This document shows positions 10,801-19,954 of a DNA stretch of 51,623 nt, piece by piece (the stretch's first letter is position 1; each line of letters starts with the position of its first letter). The DNA lies in contig JAOZFI010000025.1 in NCBI GenBank assembly GCA_027491395.1, positions 1 through 51,623 of the forward strand, written 5' to 3'. The notes under the pieces were generated by a model. The model saw nothing but the letters and a program-made list of their open reading frames with translations. It ran no database searches and was not told the DNA's origin. Both the position numbers and the translations under genes were made by a program. This stretch comes from Thermoproteota archaeon (GTDB taxonomy: Archaea; Korarchaeota; Korarchaeia; Korarchaeales; Korarchaeaceae).

Positions 10801-11124
10801 GGTCAGGAAGAGGGAGGAAAGGATGAAGCTCAGAGCCAAGGAGATGGCTGGACTCCGAGGTCGAATCATAAAGGTTAGTCCATAAAGAGATGTGAGAAGG
10901 AAGAGAATACCCAGTAGAGATCTGAGATCAGGAATCTCCGGACCCCACAGAAGAAATAATGAGATCATGGGTGGGATGAGGATCAGGAGCCCGTGTACCA
11001 GCCTCAATGGGACTCTACATCCGCATTCCCTTCGGCTGAGGGCTAAGACCAATGTCAGGGCAAGAGCTGCGAGGAATGTCAGGAAACCGAAGACCTTGGT
11101 AGGTGCGACTAGGGCACCCGCCAT
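7804..11124 (-). CDS. Large polytopic membrane protein with a possible GT-C-like N-half, an extracellular beta-rich C-half and a terminal TM anchor
   Basis: 1106 aa with many TM segments in the first about 550 aa and a YDPILH loop motif. GGTG lies upstream of the ATG. The function is inferred. Confidence 0.6.
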   Translation of the reverse strand: MAGALVAPTKVFGFLTFLAALALTLVLALSRRECGCRVPLRLVHGLLILIPPMISLFLLWGPEIPDLRSLLGILFLLTSLYGLTFMIRPRSPAISLALSFILSSLFLTIMYGSGFPEPALALEVLSLISSAVGFIFLKGDLKNEFLEVSSYSLLLMPSSLLLLSELTMVFNFLPYFITYDPILHQYWARMLADNLQAYDKWYYVGYHSILAFIYEAGGSSPLELVRASWSINLIALFLVHKSFSKLKGREISFVTWTAFSGLSWIAWIRYGADITALEKVEEVTYRSLTWGFPQFLWGFPLILSIGLLSLLIYLHEELDHPEIPIYITLLFLFLLHIVEAVLFSVYVLLRAIGGKRVPLSIAVVPLTVIILHFAWRTSGVIILPSLVMLVSSLLASLTFRTGFRIQCSEKWTSLRPILISLYLSGIVVWIYRMDSLDIYRIQKLGQVPWIIYPVLFGVPGLLVLLSDMMEGRAFLVLALSSIIMGKLTTIYKLWVGDIPYWEYRFVLYAFLGVSAAVGYQISKMKFRRKVLAVILLSGILSTSLSAARWAQIADTAGNVLNPSDVRFMINSNVSEPLLLFSYNSVWVAAYGPPVRWVRSVPPWVARGPEVVMASLDPFKQVDVLATIYDEALLWGMNASRSYVRRYWRVIPSISHIRTSCIDLNSSTAVILPSDIYLRERALDSYLLIGDALPPHTTYLRNDPFAPKGIYLGSPTSLIEVNEPLPVDPKDVRWIYVRGPFLKGLRVMGDEGVAVTRFELDEGEFELKACPEENNGSIAVIFEYEGPRRYREAGIDLVRGTVFGTEDDGPVPRSQCYRIVLRVGPGGTSLVVNGREFPLDGGGGVMGLHTVGFFGNLTGWVRGVHRVEGPRRGDMVLSVVPGGDVDLSALLDSYYRKGQVDSELLIKMRSNIQRIVNTRQLGRCGLPVDIGSARDIKARGSVFIEGTAVWVEEGGKKKYLNRERSALNAHAVRMRGGLGFYVVVEVKGAELDGTPLPDGSLIMFRTPFLFRANGSIQIRDYHVLNQFSTDISSPELKSIRVKVLMGDGAYLFTLSLPASSPHSAYNELGDLLLALPVVTILLIGRALLRRRLAGRGKGPEVMSSDIR

Positions 11125-11136
11125 GCGCCTGGCACC

Positions 11137-11475
11137 TTACGCGCGCGTGCCGGGGCCGATGGTCATGGTCTTGCTGAGGAGAGAAGGTCCGCTTATCGAG
11201 CCTTCGTGCAGGGTCACGGTGAATGAGGCGGGGCTTCCCCATCTGCTCTCTAGGTAGACCGCTATGGTGGTTACGGTGTCAACCACGAGTTTGAAGGTCT
11301 GCCCTATGGGATTGTTCATGGAGACTACCTCCGCCCCAACTGAGGGACATGAAATGCTGACCTGCCTGAACTGATCCTGCTGGGCTCTCAATGTCCAAAT
11401 AATGTCAGCAGAGGCTAAGAAGAAGGCCAGCAATAGGAGAAAGGTTAGCACGTACATAGACCTAAAGGTAAACAC
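11137..11475 (-). CDS. Secreted protein, probably truncated
   Basis: Signal-peptide-like N-terminus, then a beta-strand-rich segment (QQDQ...GQTFK...TIAVYL). It ends abruptly at an ACGCGCGCGT run. Confidence 0.5.
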   Translation of the reverse strand: MFTFRSMYVLTFLLLLAFFLASADIIWTLRAQQDQFRQVSISCPSVGAEVVSMNNPIGQTFKLVVDTVTTIAVYLESRWGSPASFTVTLHEGSISGPSLLSKTMTIGPGTRA

Positions 11476-11517
11476 CTCTTGTTGATATAGGGGGAAGATT
11501 ATAAAATGAAATCGGAG

Positions 11518-12153
11518 TCAACTCAAGCTGGAGATCCAGTCGGCAATGCCTGAGGTGAGCATGTCCGCGGCTGCAGCCGCCACTATTATTGCCATGAACC
11601 TAGCCAGCCCCCTAAGCCCGTTGACCCCTAGGAGGCTCCTCAACTTGGACGAATGCATGAGTATTAGATAAGTTGCTGCAGTCACGAGCGTTGCTGAGGC
11701 AAAGAGAACGCTGTTAGCAGCTAGGAACCCGTACTTGGTCGTGTACTCTGTGGACAGGACTAGGATCGTTGTCATGGTTCCCGGCCCCATCAGCAAGGGG
11801 GTGGCGAGGGGAACGACCGCCAGCTCCTCTTCCTCTACCTCCTTGGTCCTAGGCATTCCCTGAAGCATGTCTATGGCCAGCACGGTGAGGATTATCCCTC
11901 CCCCTATCTTAAGACCGGTGACCGTTACGCCGAGGACCATGAGTATCACCTTCCCAAGCGCAGAAAAGAGCAGCATCATCAGGAAGATGGCTATCGAAAC
12001 CACTTTCACTATCCTGCGAACTTCATAATCGTCCCTTCCCTCGGTTAGTGATAGGAACGTTGGGACGACGCTTATCGGGTTGAGAATAGCGAATATCTGC
12101 ATTGTCGATACGATGAGGATCTGTGGATCCATCCAGCCCTCTCGAATCGACAA
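11518..12153 (-). CDS. MarC family integral membrane protein
   Basis: FAILNPIS, KIGGGIIL and AVVPLATPLLMGPGTMTT motifs. Confidence 0.92.
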   Translation of the reverse strand: MSIREGWMDPQILIVSTMQIFAILNPISVVPTFLSLTEGRDDYEVRRIVKVVSIAIFLMMLLFSALGKVILMVLGVTVTGLKIGGGIILTVLAIDMLQGMPRTKEVEEEELAVVPLATPLLMGPGTMTTILVLSTEYTTKYGFLAANSVLFASATLVTAATYLILMHSSKLRSLLGVNGLRGLARFMAIIVAAAAADMLTSGIADWISSLS

Positions 12154-12201
12154 GTAAAAAAGTTGGGTGATTTACTCACCTGTCTCGATACCGCTTACCC
12201 T

Positions 12202-12600
12202 TCAACCCATCCTAGGTATGCCCGTTGACTCACGATAGGAGTCCGCTAATCTAAAGAGGTGGACCAAGTCGGTCACATCCGCATCTCCAGCCATCCTACC
12301 TCACCATCACCGTTCAAGTCGCGTCAGCTCACTGGCATCAGATTCGATGAGAATTAAAGGTGATCCGCGCTGTTCAGAAGCCACACCAGGCCGATCTCGT
12401 TGCAAATCTGATCATGCCCGCGATCTTGGTCAGTCCTCTCACGCAGTCCCTGTAGATGATCGCTTGGTCCTCCCTAACATAGGTGGGAGATCAGCACTTT
12501 ACCCGACGGCAGTACCCTCAGATCACTATACTTCCCTCCCCTTCTTCATAGTAGGAACCCTACTACAATGACCCTCCGGTCGGATGAAATTAGGCCTATT
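12202..12600 (-). pseudogene. Decayed surface-protein fragment with a dockerin/EF-hand-like motif
   Basis: The minus strand of 12301-12320 reads DLNGDGE(V). In another frame it continues DADVTDLVHLFRLA...*. There are several stops and shifts upstream. Confidence 0.35.
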
Positions 12601-12826
12601 CGCCGAGCAACTCACGTTACTTCGTCCTAAGAGACGGCCTTTCAGGCTGAAAAGTCCTCATTGAAGTTATTGCCTGACTGTCCAGCCCTAAGACGCGTGT
12701 CTTCCTCTATTGGGACTGAGAACTTGAAACATCACCGTATCCCGCCAGCAGAGGGGTAAGAGGCACTACTATTGGACACGCGACGAAACTAACTGCTCTC
12801 AATTCTCCTAAGAAGTAACGTGCGAA

Positions 12827-13129
12827 TCACATACGGCACCTTCTAATTGTCAGCGGAAACGAGACAACGGATAGCATCGGGAGCAACACTGCTTGGTAGC
12901 TCCCACATCTGTTCCGTCTGCCGTCTTTTTTACTAGAATGAGGCTGTTTACTGTATACATCGACAATATACTCGAGATCATGGGAAGACTCCTTTCCCTC
13001 CCTGTAAATAAGGGAAACGATCCCTTTCAAGCAACTCCCCCCACTGCTTTCTCTTAATGACCAGTTGATTAATAAAAAATGGTCGATGTCCTCAGGTAAC
13101 CGCTTACAGCGGTCCACCCATCTCATCAC
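12827..13129 (-). pseudogene. Probable C-terminal remnant of a membrane-anchored surface protein
   Basis: Ends KKDGRRNRCGS, then a hydrophobic stretch and RR, reminiscent of CGP-CTERM-like tails. No N-terminal signal is present. Confidence 0.3.
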
Positions 13130-13523
13130 ATCGTTAATTTAACATTCATGACAGAGCCGCGGAATGCTTGTTCTATATGAACTGCTCCATCCGTTATTCC
13201 GAAGCTGAATGATACGATCATTAAGTCGCTTAATTTTTAAGTACAGCCTGAGCACGATCTAATCATCTCCTTCGTCAGACCTAAAGCGAGGAGCATAGAA
13301 TAAATGGACGCGAGGGGATGGATGGTCCTTTCCTCTTGATTGCTCTGATGGCGTTTCCCTCTACGGCAACTGTCCGGACACGCTCGCATCTAGAGAACAT
13401 GTGCATCCTTAGCTGCGGCTTTGCCCGATACCCTCTATGCTGAAGGTGGGAAAGGACCCTCTGCCCTCACGAAATCTCTTTCACCAGCTTGATGGGTGTC
13501 ACAAAATAGCCGTTAGAGGGAGT

Positions 13524-13766
13524 TTAAAGGAAGTCCTCCCTCAATTTCCTTTCAACCTTCAGCCATGAATCTAGATCTAGGAAGTCCGGGGAAATGAACC
13601 TCTCGGTCGTTATTTCTCCCAAGACCCAGTTCAAGGTATCCACCACATTGCACAGGAAGGCGAAGGAGTGGGAATCTATGTCTTCCTCAGGCCCATATTC
13701 CATCATCACTTCCACGACACTCTTGAGGATGTCTCTCATCCGCTCTATCTCGATTGACGATCGCAT
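13524..13766 (-). CDS. Small hypothetical protein
   Basis: 80-aa acidic helical ORF with protein-like composition (DTLNWVLGE) and an upstream TATA-like element. Confidence 0.55.
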   Translation of the reverse strand: MRSSIEIERMRDILKSVVEVMMEYGPEEDIDSHSFAFLCNVVDTLNWVLGEITTERFISPDFLDLDSWLKVERKLREDFL

Positions 13767-13993
13767 TAAGGGATTTTCGTACGTACTTTTATATCTCCTT
13801 TACTCCCCGACTAATGGAAAAATTATTATTCACTCTATCGGAACAGCATCCCACAAAAGTCATGAAAGATATCTCCTGTCAATATGAACTCAGAGCGAGA
13901 GGACCCTGTCGCCATGTAAGAAAATGTTACGGAGTGGAAGTCACAGCATGCATCGTTTTTAGCCTCTCGACGCAGATGGCTTAAGGTGATGTC

Positions 13994-14404
13994 ATGTCCC
14001 TCAAAGCAAGTAGACCTCTAGGGGTAACTATACTAGCTGTCTTGGCCGGAATCTCTGGCATACTCTCTATACTAGGGGGTATAACGCTAATGGCCTTGGG
14101 CCCGATGATGACATCAATGATTGCCCAACAGGGAGTGCCTGGCATGATGGGAGTTTTTGGAGGCATGATCATTGTCATGGGCGTGGTGGTCCTGATAGTG
14201 GGAATACTGGATCTTATAGTGGCTTGGGGTTACTGGACGGGCCAGGGATGGGCGTGGGTCCTCGGAGTGATCCTCGGTGTGATAGGAATAATCATGGGGA
14301 TCATCCAGATAACCAACGGGGGAATAATAGGGCTCATCATAAACGCTATAATACTCTACTACCTGTTCCAGCCTCATGTTAAGGAGTACTTCGGAAGGGT
14401 GTAA
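13994..14404 (+). CDS. Small four-TM membrane protein
   Basis: RPLGVTILAVL...WAW...IILYYLFQPHVKEYF pattern typical of a widespread archaeal family; AGGTGA SD upstream. Confidence 0.8.
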   Translation: MSLKASRPLGVTILAVLAGISGILSILGGITLMALGPMMTSMIAQQGVPGMMGVFGGMIIVMGVVVLIVGILDLIVAWGYWTGQGWAWVLGVILGVIGIIMGIIQITNGGIIGLIINAIILYYLFQPHVKEYFGRV

Positions 14405-14487
14405 TATCAGGAATTAAGAATATAGAAATCCCTTTCTAACATTTTTTAGTACAGAAGTATAGATTATTAAGTTTCCTTATTAACGGG

Positions 14488-14510
14488 AGGGATGTTTCGC
14501 ACATCCCTTT
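14488..14510 (+). terminator. Hairpin AGGGATGT-ttcgc-ACATCCCT followed by TT
   Basis: Perfect 8-bp inverted repeat about 85 nt downstream of the 13994-14404 gene. Its role is inferred. Confidence 0.3.
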
Positions 14511-15191
14511 GCTCATCTGCGGAGATCCACCTGCACCCAAGGGTTATCAATAGGGGGAGTTGGAATGTTTGAAGCTTACTATTTGCGGCCTCACAGTTAA
14601 CATAATTAAAAGGAGATGACATAGCTAAGGATATATTTTTATTTTCAGGTAAGAAGTTACTCCCAAAAGAGACATGGACGTCACAGTTGAAAAAGTTGTT
14701 TAGGTAGTGTGGCCCTCTTAGCCGCTAGCACGGTAAGGATGCTCCTGTTCGATAGACTTCTGCCTGTGACGGATCAAGTCGGACAGAGGTTCTACGTAAG
14801 ACTGATTAAGTCATCCTTCGTGAAAAGCCTATCCATCACAGCACCAATCAGTTACTGGGGAAATCAAGCCCTCATGTCTATCATGACGCTGATCGGAGAG
14901 GATCGTTGGACGAAGCTATCCCCCTCGAGTGGTTACGTAGTATCATTGAGGATCTTGAACGAAGGGCATGGGGAGACCCGACATAGTCGCTCTGAGATTC
15001 ACGCCAGTGGGCTTTTGAGTACCAGAAAATCCCCATGTGTTCCTATCAGATGGCTACTTCCGCGCGCGAGATACCTCGGATGTGACCATTCAAATTCCCT
15101 CCCACTACGTAGATAGAGAAAAGGTCTTGATATTTACCGCCACCTTCAGCGATAACACCGAATCCTCGCAGAGCTTACCTATTCCATGAGG

Positions 15192-15962
15192 TTACACCTC
15201 ACCCCTCAGGAACTTCACCGTCAGTTCGTGCCTCGGGTTGAGGGCTATGGTATCGGTGAGCCCGTACTCCACCAGCTCGCCCATGTAGATGAACGCTATG
15301 TAATCCGAGATCCTTACAGCTTGGTGGGGCGTGTGAGTCACCAACACGATGGTGATCTCCAGATCTCTAAGCAGGCTCCTCAGGGCCTCCTCTATCTTGA
15401 CCGCGTTAACTGGATCTACATTGCCGGTTGGCTCGTCCAGAAGGAGGAGCTTCGGTTTAAGGGCGAGAGCCCTAGCCAGGCAGAGCCTCTGCTGCTGACC
15501 ACCGCTCAGCCGGTGCGGTAGGTCGTCCAACCTGTCCTTTACCTCGTCCCAGAGCATCGCCTTCTCTAGGGCCCATCTTACCAGCTCATTCAACTCATCC
15601 CTGTTCTTCACCAGACGGTTGAGCTTGGGTCCTATGGCCACGTTCTCGTATATGCTCATGTTGGGGAAGGGATTGGGCGTCTGGAAGACCATTCCCATCA
15701 GCCTCCTGACCCTGTATGGGTCCTCGCTGTACACATCGGTCCCGTAAACCAGGATCCTACCCTCAACCTTGGACTCGGGTATCAGGTCGATCAACCTGTT
15801 TATCGCCCTTAGAAGGGTGGACTTACCCGAGCCGGAGGGACCCATGACCGCCAGTATCCTCCGCTTCGGAACCTCCAGACCCACGTCCTTTATGATGTGC
15901 TTCCCCCTTATCCAGACGTTCAATCCCTCTATCTGGAGGGCATAACCTTTCTCCTCTATCAC
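15192..15962 (-). CDS. pstB: Phosphate ABC transporter ATP-binding protein
   Basis: GPSGSGKST, FQTPNPFP and LSGGQQQRLCLARALA motifs. Confidence 0.95.
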   Translation of the reverse strand: MIEEKGYALQIEGLNVWIRGKHIIKDVGLEVPKRRILAVMGPSGSGKSTLLRAINRLIDLIPESKVEGRILVYGTDVYSEDPYRVRRLMGMVFQTPNPFPNMSIYENVAIGPKLNRLVKNRDELNELVRWALEKAMLWDEVKDRLDDLPHRLSGGQQQRLCLARALALKPKLLLLDEPTGNVDPVNAVKIEEALRSLLRDLEITIVLVTHTPHQAVRISDYIAFIYMGELVEYGLTDTIALNPRHELTVKFLRGEV

Positions 15963-16798
15963 AGGAACACCTCCTCAGTAAACTTCCTTGAGATCAGGAA
16001 GATGATGAGGAACATTACGGTGAGGACCAGAGCGGCGCCCCAGGCGACTTGATGCATGTTCGCGTAAGGGGTCTGCGCGTAGTCGAATATCAGGAGGGAT
16101 ATCGAGTCCCCGTAGTCCAGCGGACCCAAAGGAACGTTATATCGATCCCTACCCAGAGTGAACAGGAGGGGTGCGGTCTCGCCCAGTACCTTCGCGAAGC
16201 CTATGAGCATGCCCGTCAATATTCCCCTCCTTGCTATGCCCACCATTATCTCGAAGACCACTTTTGACCTGCTCAATCCCAGCGCGAAGCCCGCCTCCCT
16301 GTAGGTGAAGGGCACCCCCTCCAAGGCTTGCTCGACGTAGGTGGTCACATAGGGTATCATCATTATGGCCAGAGCTAGGGAGCCGGCGAGCATGGAGAAC
16401 CTCCCCATCGGAACCACGAGTATGGCATAGACGAGCATGCCCACCACAACAGACGGTATCTCAAGTAGGGCCTTGCTGAGGACCCTGACCCCCTTGGCTA
16501 GAGGATTGTCTGGGAACTCGACGGCGAATATGGCGGCGAACAAGGAGAGGGGAATCCCCAAGAGGGAGCTTAGCACCGCTAGTAGAAGGGTGCCAGCGAG
16601 GGAGGGCGCTATCCCCCCGAGCCCGGCGTTCGGAGCGGGGGGCACATCCAGAAGGAAGCTAGGTCCTGCCTCCATTATAGCTCCGAGCCCTTTCCATACG
16701 ACCGAGAGGAAGACGTGGAATACCGGGAGCACAGCAGCTATCGAGAGGATCACCACCAAGGCTAGGAATATCCTCTCCTTGACCTCCCTAACGTCCAT
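15959..16798 (-). CDS. pstA: Phosphate ABC transporter permease
   Basis: EIPSVVVG, REAGFALG and GETAPLLFT motifs; operon position. Confidence 0.93.
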   Translation of the reverse strand: MDVREVKERIFLALVVILSIAAVLPVFHVFLSVVWKGLGAIMEAGPSFLLDVPPAPNAGLGGIAPSLAGTLLLAVLSSLLGIPLSLFAAIFAVEFPDNPLAKGVRVLSKALLEIPSVVVGMLVYAILVVPMGRFSMLAGSLALAIMMIPYVTTYVEQALEGVPFTYREAGFALGLSRSKVVFEIMVGIARRGILTGMLIGFAKVLGETAPLLFTLGRDRYNVPLGPLDYGDSISLLIFDYAQTPYANMHQVAWGAALVLTVMFLIIFLISRKFTEEVFL

Positions 16799-17738
16799 AC
16801 AGCTCCCTCACCCTCCTCATCATCACGACACCGATTCCGCTGAACAGCATGCCCAAGGCGAGGAGGACTAGGCTGCCAGCGAACATGACGTTCTCCATCA
16901 GGGGGAAGAAGCTGGCCTCGGTGAACTGGTTGGCGATCAGTGAAGATATGGTGTATCCGGGGGCGAAGAGGCAGGGTGAGATGTTGAAGGCGTTTCCCAC
17001 AACCAAGGCAACAGCTACTGTTTCACTGGCTGCCCTTCCAAGCCCTAGAAGGACGGCGGCTATTATGGCCGGCCTTATGAGCGAGACCATTATCCTGAAG
17101 TACTCGTACCTAGTGGCCCCGAGAGACAGGGCTGCCTCCTTGTAAGTGCGAGGCACCTGCCTGTAGGCCTCCTTGATAACCCCGTGCATGAAGGGAATTA
17201 TCATTACCGCCAGTAAAAGCCCGGCCGCCAAGAATGAGGCTCCACTAAGGGGATCGCAGGCGAACAAGGGGATGAAGTCGAGGTGCTCGTGTAGTGGGGA
17301 CATAACCCACCTCCTTAAGAGGGGAATCATCACCTCCAACCCCCAGAGCCCGTAGATTATCGTTGGCAGTCCGGCCATGAGGTCTATCACCGAGGAGAAG
17401 AACTCTCTGATCCTGTAGGGAGCCATCTCCTCCATGAAGAAGACCGTAGCGACGGAGAGGGGCAAAGCTATTGCGGCTGCTATGAGTGAAGTGACTAGGG
17501 TCCCGTAGAGGGGTGCCAGCAGGCCGTACTTCACGAACTCCACTCCCCTCTCAGAGGGTTTCCACACGTTCTCAGTTAAGAGGGAGAGGCCGAACCTCTC
17601 AATAGCTGGCCGTGACTCGTAGGCCAGCACGTAAGCCAGTAGCGCGAATAGGGCGAATATTATCGCTGCAAAGGGGAGCAATGAGAGGAAAAAGCTCCTG
17701 TCCACCTTGGGAATCATTTGATCGCCTCCGCAATTCAC
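16788..17738 (-). CDS. pstC: Phosphate ABC transporter permease
   Basis: AGLPTIIYGLWG, EAALSLGAT and GRAASETVAV motifs. Confidence 0.93.
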   Translation of the reverse strand: MNCGGDQMIPKVDRSFFLSLLPFAAIIFALFALLAYVLAYESRPAIERFGLSLLTENVWKPSERGVEFVKYGLLAPLYGTLVTSLIAAAIALPLSVATVFFMEEMAPYRIREFFSSVIDLMAGLPTIIYGLWGLEVMIPLLRRWVMSPLHEHLDFIPLFACDPLSGASFLAAGLLLAVMIIPFMHGVIKEAYRQVPRTYKEAALSLGATRYEYFRIMVSLIRPAIIAAVLLGLGRAASETVAVALVVGNAFNISPCLFAPGYTISSLIANQFTEASFFPLMENVMFAGSLVLLALGMLFSGIGVVMMRRVRELYGR

Positions 17739-18820
17739 GGTTTTATCAGGCCCACGGCCTTCAGATTCACTAACCTCAGTTCGGGCGGTATGGGTGCGTA
17801 CCCCTCAGCTATCAGCTCCTGTCCTTCGGTGTTCACGAACCTCACGAACTCCCTGATGGCCCCTGCCTTTTCTCCGTAATGAGTCCAGAATATCAGGTGG
17901 ACGAAGGAAGTAAGGGGATAAGATCCCTCACCAGGGGCGTAGACCACGGTATCCAGATCAAGGCTGAAATCGTCAAGAGGGCTCTTGGGGAGGAGGGAAA
18001 ATGCTCTCCTCGCGGCCTCAGTGATCGATTGAGTGGAGGGTGCGACGAAGTTCCCCTCAGCATTCATCACTGACGCCATGGGGAGGTCGTTCTCAAGGGC
18101 GTAAGAGAGTTCGACATAGCCCAGCGAGTAGGGGGTATTCATGACAACCTGAGTCACACCCTGATTCCCCTTAGCTCCTACACCGTTTCCCTTGGAATCG
18201 ACGGGCCATTCCACGCTCTTTCCCACAAGATCGAGGGGCCAGTCACGGGGGGACGCCTTGTGAAGGAAGAAGGTGAAGATGTTGGTGGTTCCGCTGGAGT
18301 CGGACCTATGAACGGCGACGATCTCCCTGTGGGGAAGCTTCATTGTGGGATTGAGCTCCCTAATTAGGGGATCGTCCCAGTACCTCACCTCCCCCCTGTA
18401 GATCCTTGCCAGCACTCTGCCATCCAGTTGGAGCTGTCCCTCGACGGGCAGATTGTAAGTGATCACCACGGCCCCGAGCACCACCGGCATCTGCAGCACC
18501 CGACCCCTGTACCTGAGCCAGACCTCCCTAGTGAGAGGGGGATCGCTGGCCGCGAAGTCAACCAGTTTGGATAGGAACTGCTTCTGACCCGTGCCGCTCC
18601 CGGTCGGGTTGTAGTTCAGGGTAACCCAGGGATGCTCTTCCGTGAATTTGGGTATCCAGATGGACATCTGGGGATAGATGAAGCTGGAGCCGGAGCCGAG
18701 GATTGATACCTCCGCGCTGTTTCCTTGAACGTTCGTACCCATGAGCCCGAGGATCACCCAGAGGGTGAATATGAGGGGGCCCATGGAGGCCAGCAAGGGT
18801 GCTGAGATCCTCAGCTCCAT
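17735..18820 (-). CDS. pstS: Phosphate ABC transporter substrate-binding protein
   Basis: GSGSSF, GSGTG, DFAASD, HRSDSSGTT and GYVELSY motifs. Confidence 0.95.
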   Translation of the reverse strand: MELRISAPLLASMGPLIFTLWVILGLMGTNVQGNSAEVSILGSGSSFIYPQMSIWIPKFTEEHPWVTLNYNPTGSGTGQKQFLSKLVDFAASDPPLTREVWLRYRGRVLQMPVVLGAVVITYNLPVEGQLQLDGRVLARIYRGEVRYWDDPLIRELNPTMKLPHREIVAVHRSDSSGTTNIFTFFLHKASPRDWPLDLVGKSVEWPVDSKGNGVGAKGNQGVTQVVMNTPYSLGYVELSYALENDLPMASVMNAEGNFVAPSTQSITEAARRAFSLLPKSPLDDFSLDLDTVVYAPGEGSYPLTSFVHLIFWTHYGEKAGAIREFVRFVNTEGQELIAEGYAPIPPELRLVNLKAVGLIKP

Positions 18821-18849
18821 CTAGGGCACCTTCTCGCGCCCGCCCAATC

Positions 18850-18925
18850 TTGTAAAAACTATAAACGTATTGCAAATAGAATATAGATACCGGATTGATC
18901 TACATACCTTATATAGAAGGTTCGA
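18850..18925. promoter_or_regulatory. AT-rich divergent pstS/phoU promoter region
   Basis: Several TATA(G)-like elements and a CCTT-ATATAG-AAGG inverted repeat at 18907-18920. Confidence 0.45.
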
Positions 18926-18943
18926 GGGGATCCCCCGATAGGG

Positions 18944-19954
18944 ATGGCCCAGCCAAGGAGCGTGCAGGTGACGGGGCGTTCTACCTACATAATCTCCCTC
19001 CCTAAGGAGTGGGCGAGAAGCGTTGGCATAGACAAGGGCTCCACCGTTTACTTGGAGGTATTAGCGGACGGCTCACTGAGGATCTCACCCTCTCCAAGCG
19101 GCAGGAGGGAGCAGCTGACCAAGGTAATCGATGCCTCGAAGTACGGGGATGTGAGCAGTCTGATAAGGGAGATAATCTCCCACTACTTGGCCGGATATAA
19201 CTCCATCAAGATAGAGTACGGGGCCGAGCGGAAGGACTTGGCTGAGAAGGTGAGGGAGATAATAGAGAGCAGTATCTTGGGATTCAGCGTCCTCGAGGGG
19301 ACCGCGACGTCAATGACCTTCTACGCAGTCCTCGACCCCTCCTCGATGAGCCTCAATGATGCCACATCCAAGCTCGTGGCCGATGCCCTACACATGCTGG
19401 AGGACACGCTTAGGGGCATGAGGGAGGGGGACAACGGCCTCCTCGAGGGTGTGATCAGGCAGGACCAGCTCGTGGACAAGTTGTACCTGCTCGTCGCCAA
19501 GCAGTTGACCATAGCTTTGATGAATCCCGTAAATGTGAGGGACTTCGGTCTCGAAACTCCCGCCGAGGTACCCCACCTCTTCCTAGCTGCGAAGAGCGTG
19601 GAGAGGATCGCCGATCACGCGACTATAGTGGCCAAGAACACGATAGATCTCCTCTTCGAAGGCGGTGAAATTCCTCCAAACATCTTGGACTCGCTGGAGG
19701 AGGCCATCGAGCTCTTCAGGGACGTCTCCTCCGCTCTAACTAGTCCGAACAAGGAGAAGGCTGAGAAGGTAGCTAAGCTCATTGAGAGGGTTGGTAGAGG
19801 CCCTAGCGCCTGGGAGGGGAGGTACACCGATCCCAGAATGTACGCGATAGTAGAGAGCATTGGACGGATATTCGGTTACAGCTTGGACATAGCCGAGGCA
19901 ATAATAGACGTCTCCACTGTCAGAGAAGCCGCCAAAATGTTAAGGAATCGTTAA
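18944..19954 (+). CDS. phoU: Archaeal AbrB-PhoU phosphate uptake regulator
   Basis: N-terminal QVTGRSTYIISLPKEW (AbrB-like), then DQLVDKLY and ERIADHA PhoU motifs; divergent from pstS. Confidence 0.92.
   Translation: MAQPRSVQVTGRSTYIISLPKEWARSVGIDKGSTVYLEVLADGSLRISPSPSGRREQLTKVIDASKYGDVSSLIREIISHYLAGYNSIKIEYGAERKDLAEKVREIIESSILGFSVLEGTATSMTFYAVLDPSSMSLNDATSKLVADALHMLEDTLRGMREGDNGLLEGVIRQDQLVDKLYLLVAKQLTIALMNPVNVRDFGLETPAEVPHLFLAAKSVERIADHATIVAKNTIDLLFEGGEIPPNILDSLEEAIELFRDVSSALTSPNKEKAEKVAKLIERVGRGPSAWEGRYTDPRMYAIVESIGRIFGYSLDIAEAIIDVSTVREAAKMLRNR

Noticed and set aside
12345-12411. Possible C/D-box sRNA (CGATGA...CTGA)
   Set aside because: The C box is imperfect, no clear internal D'/C' boxes or terminal stem are present, and it overlaps apparent gene debris on the other strand.
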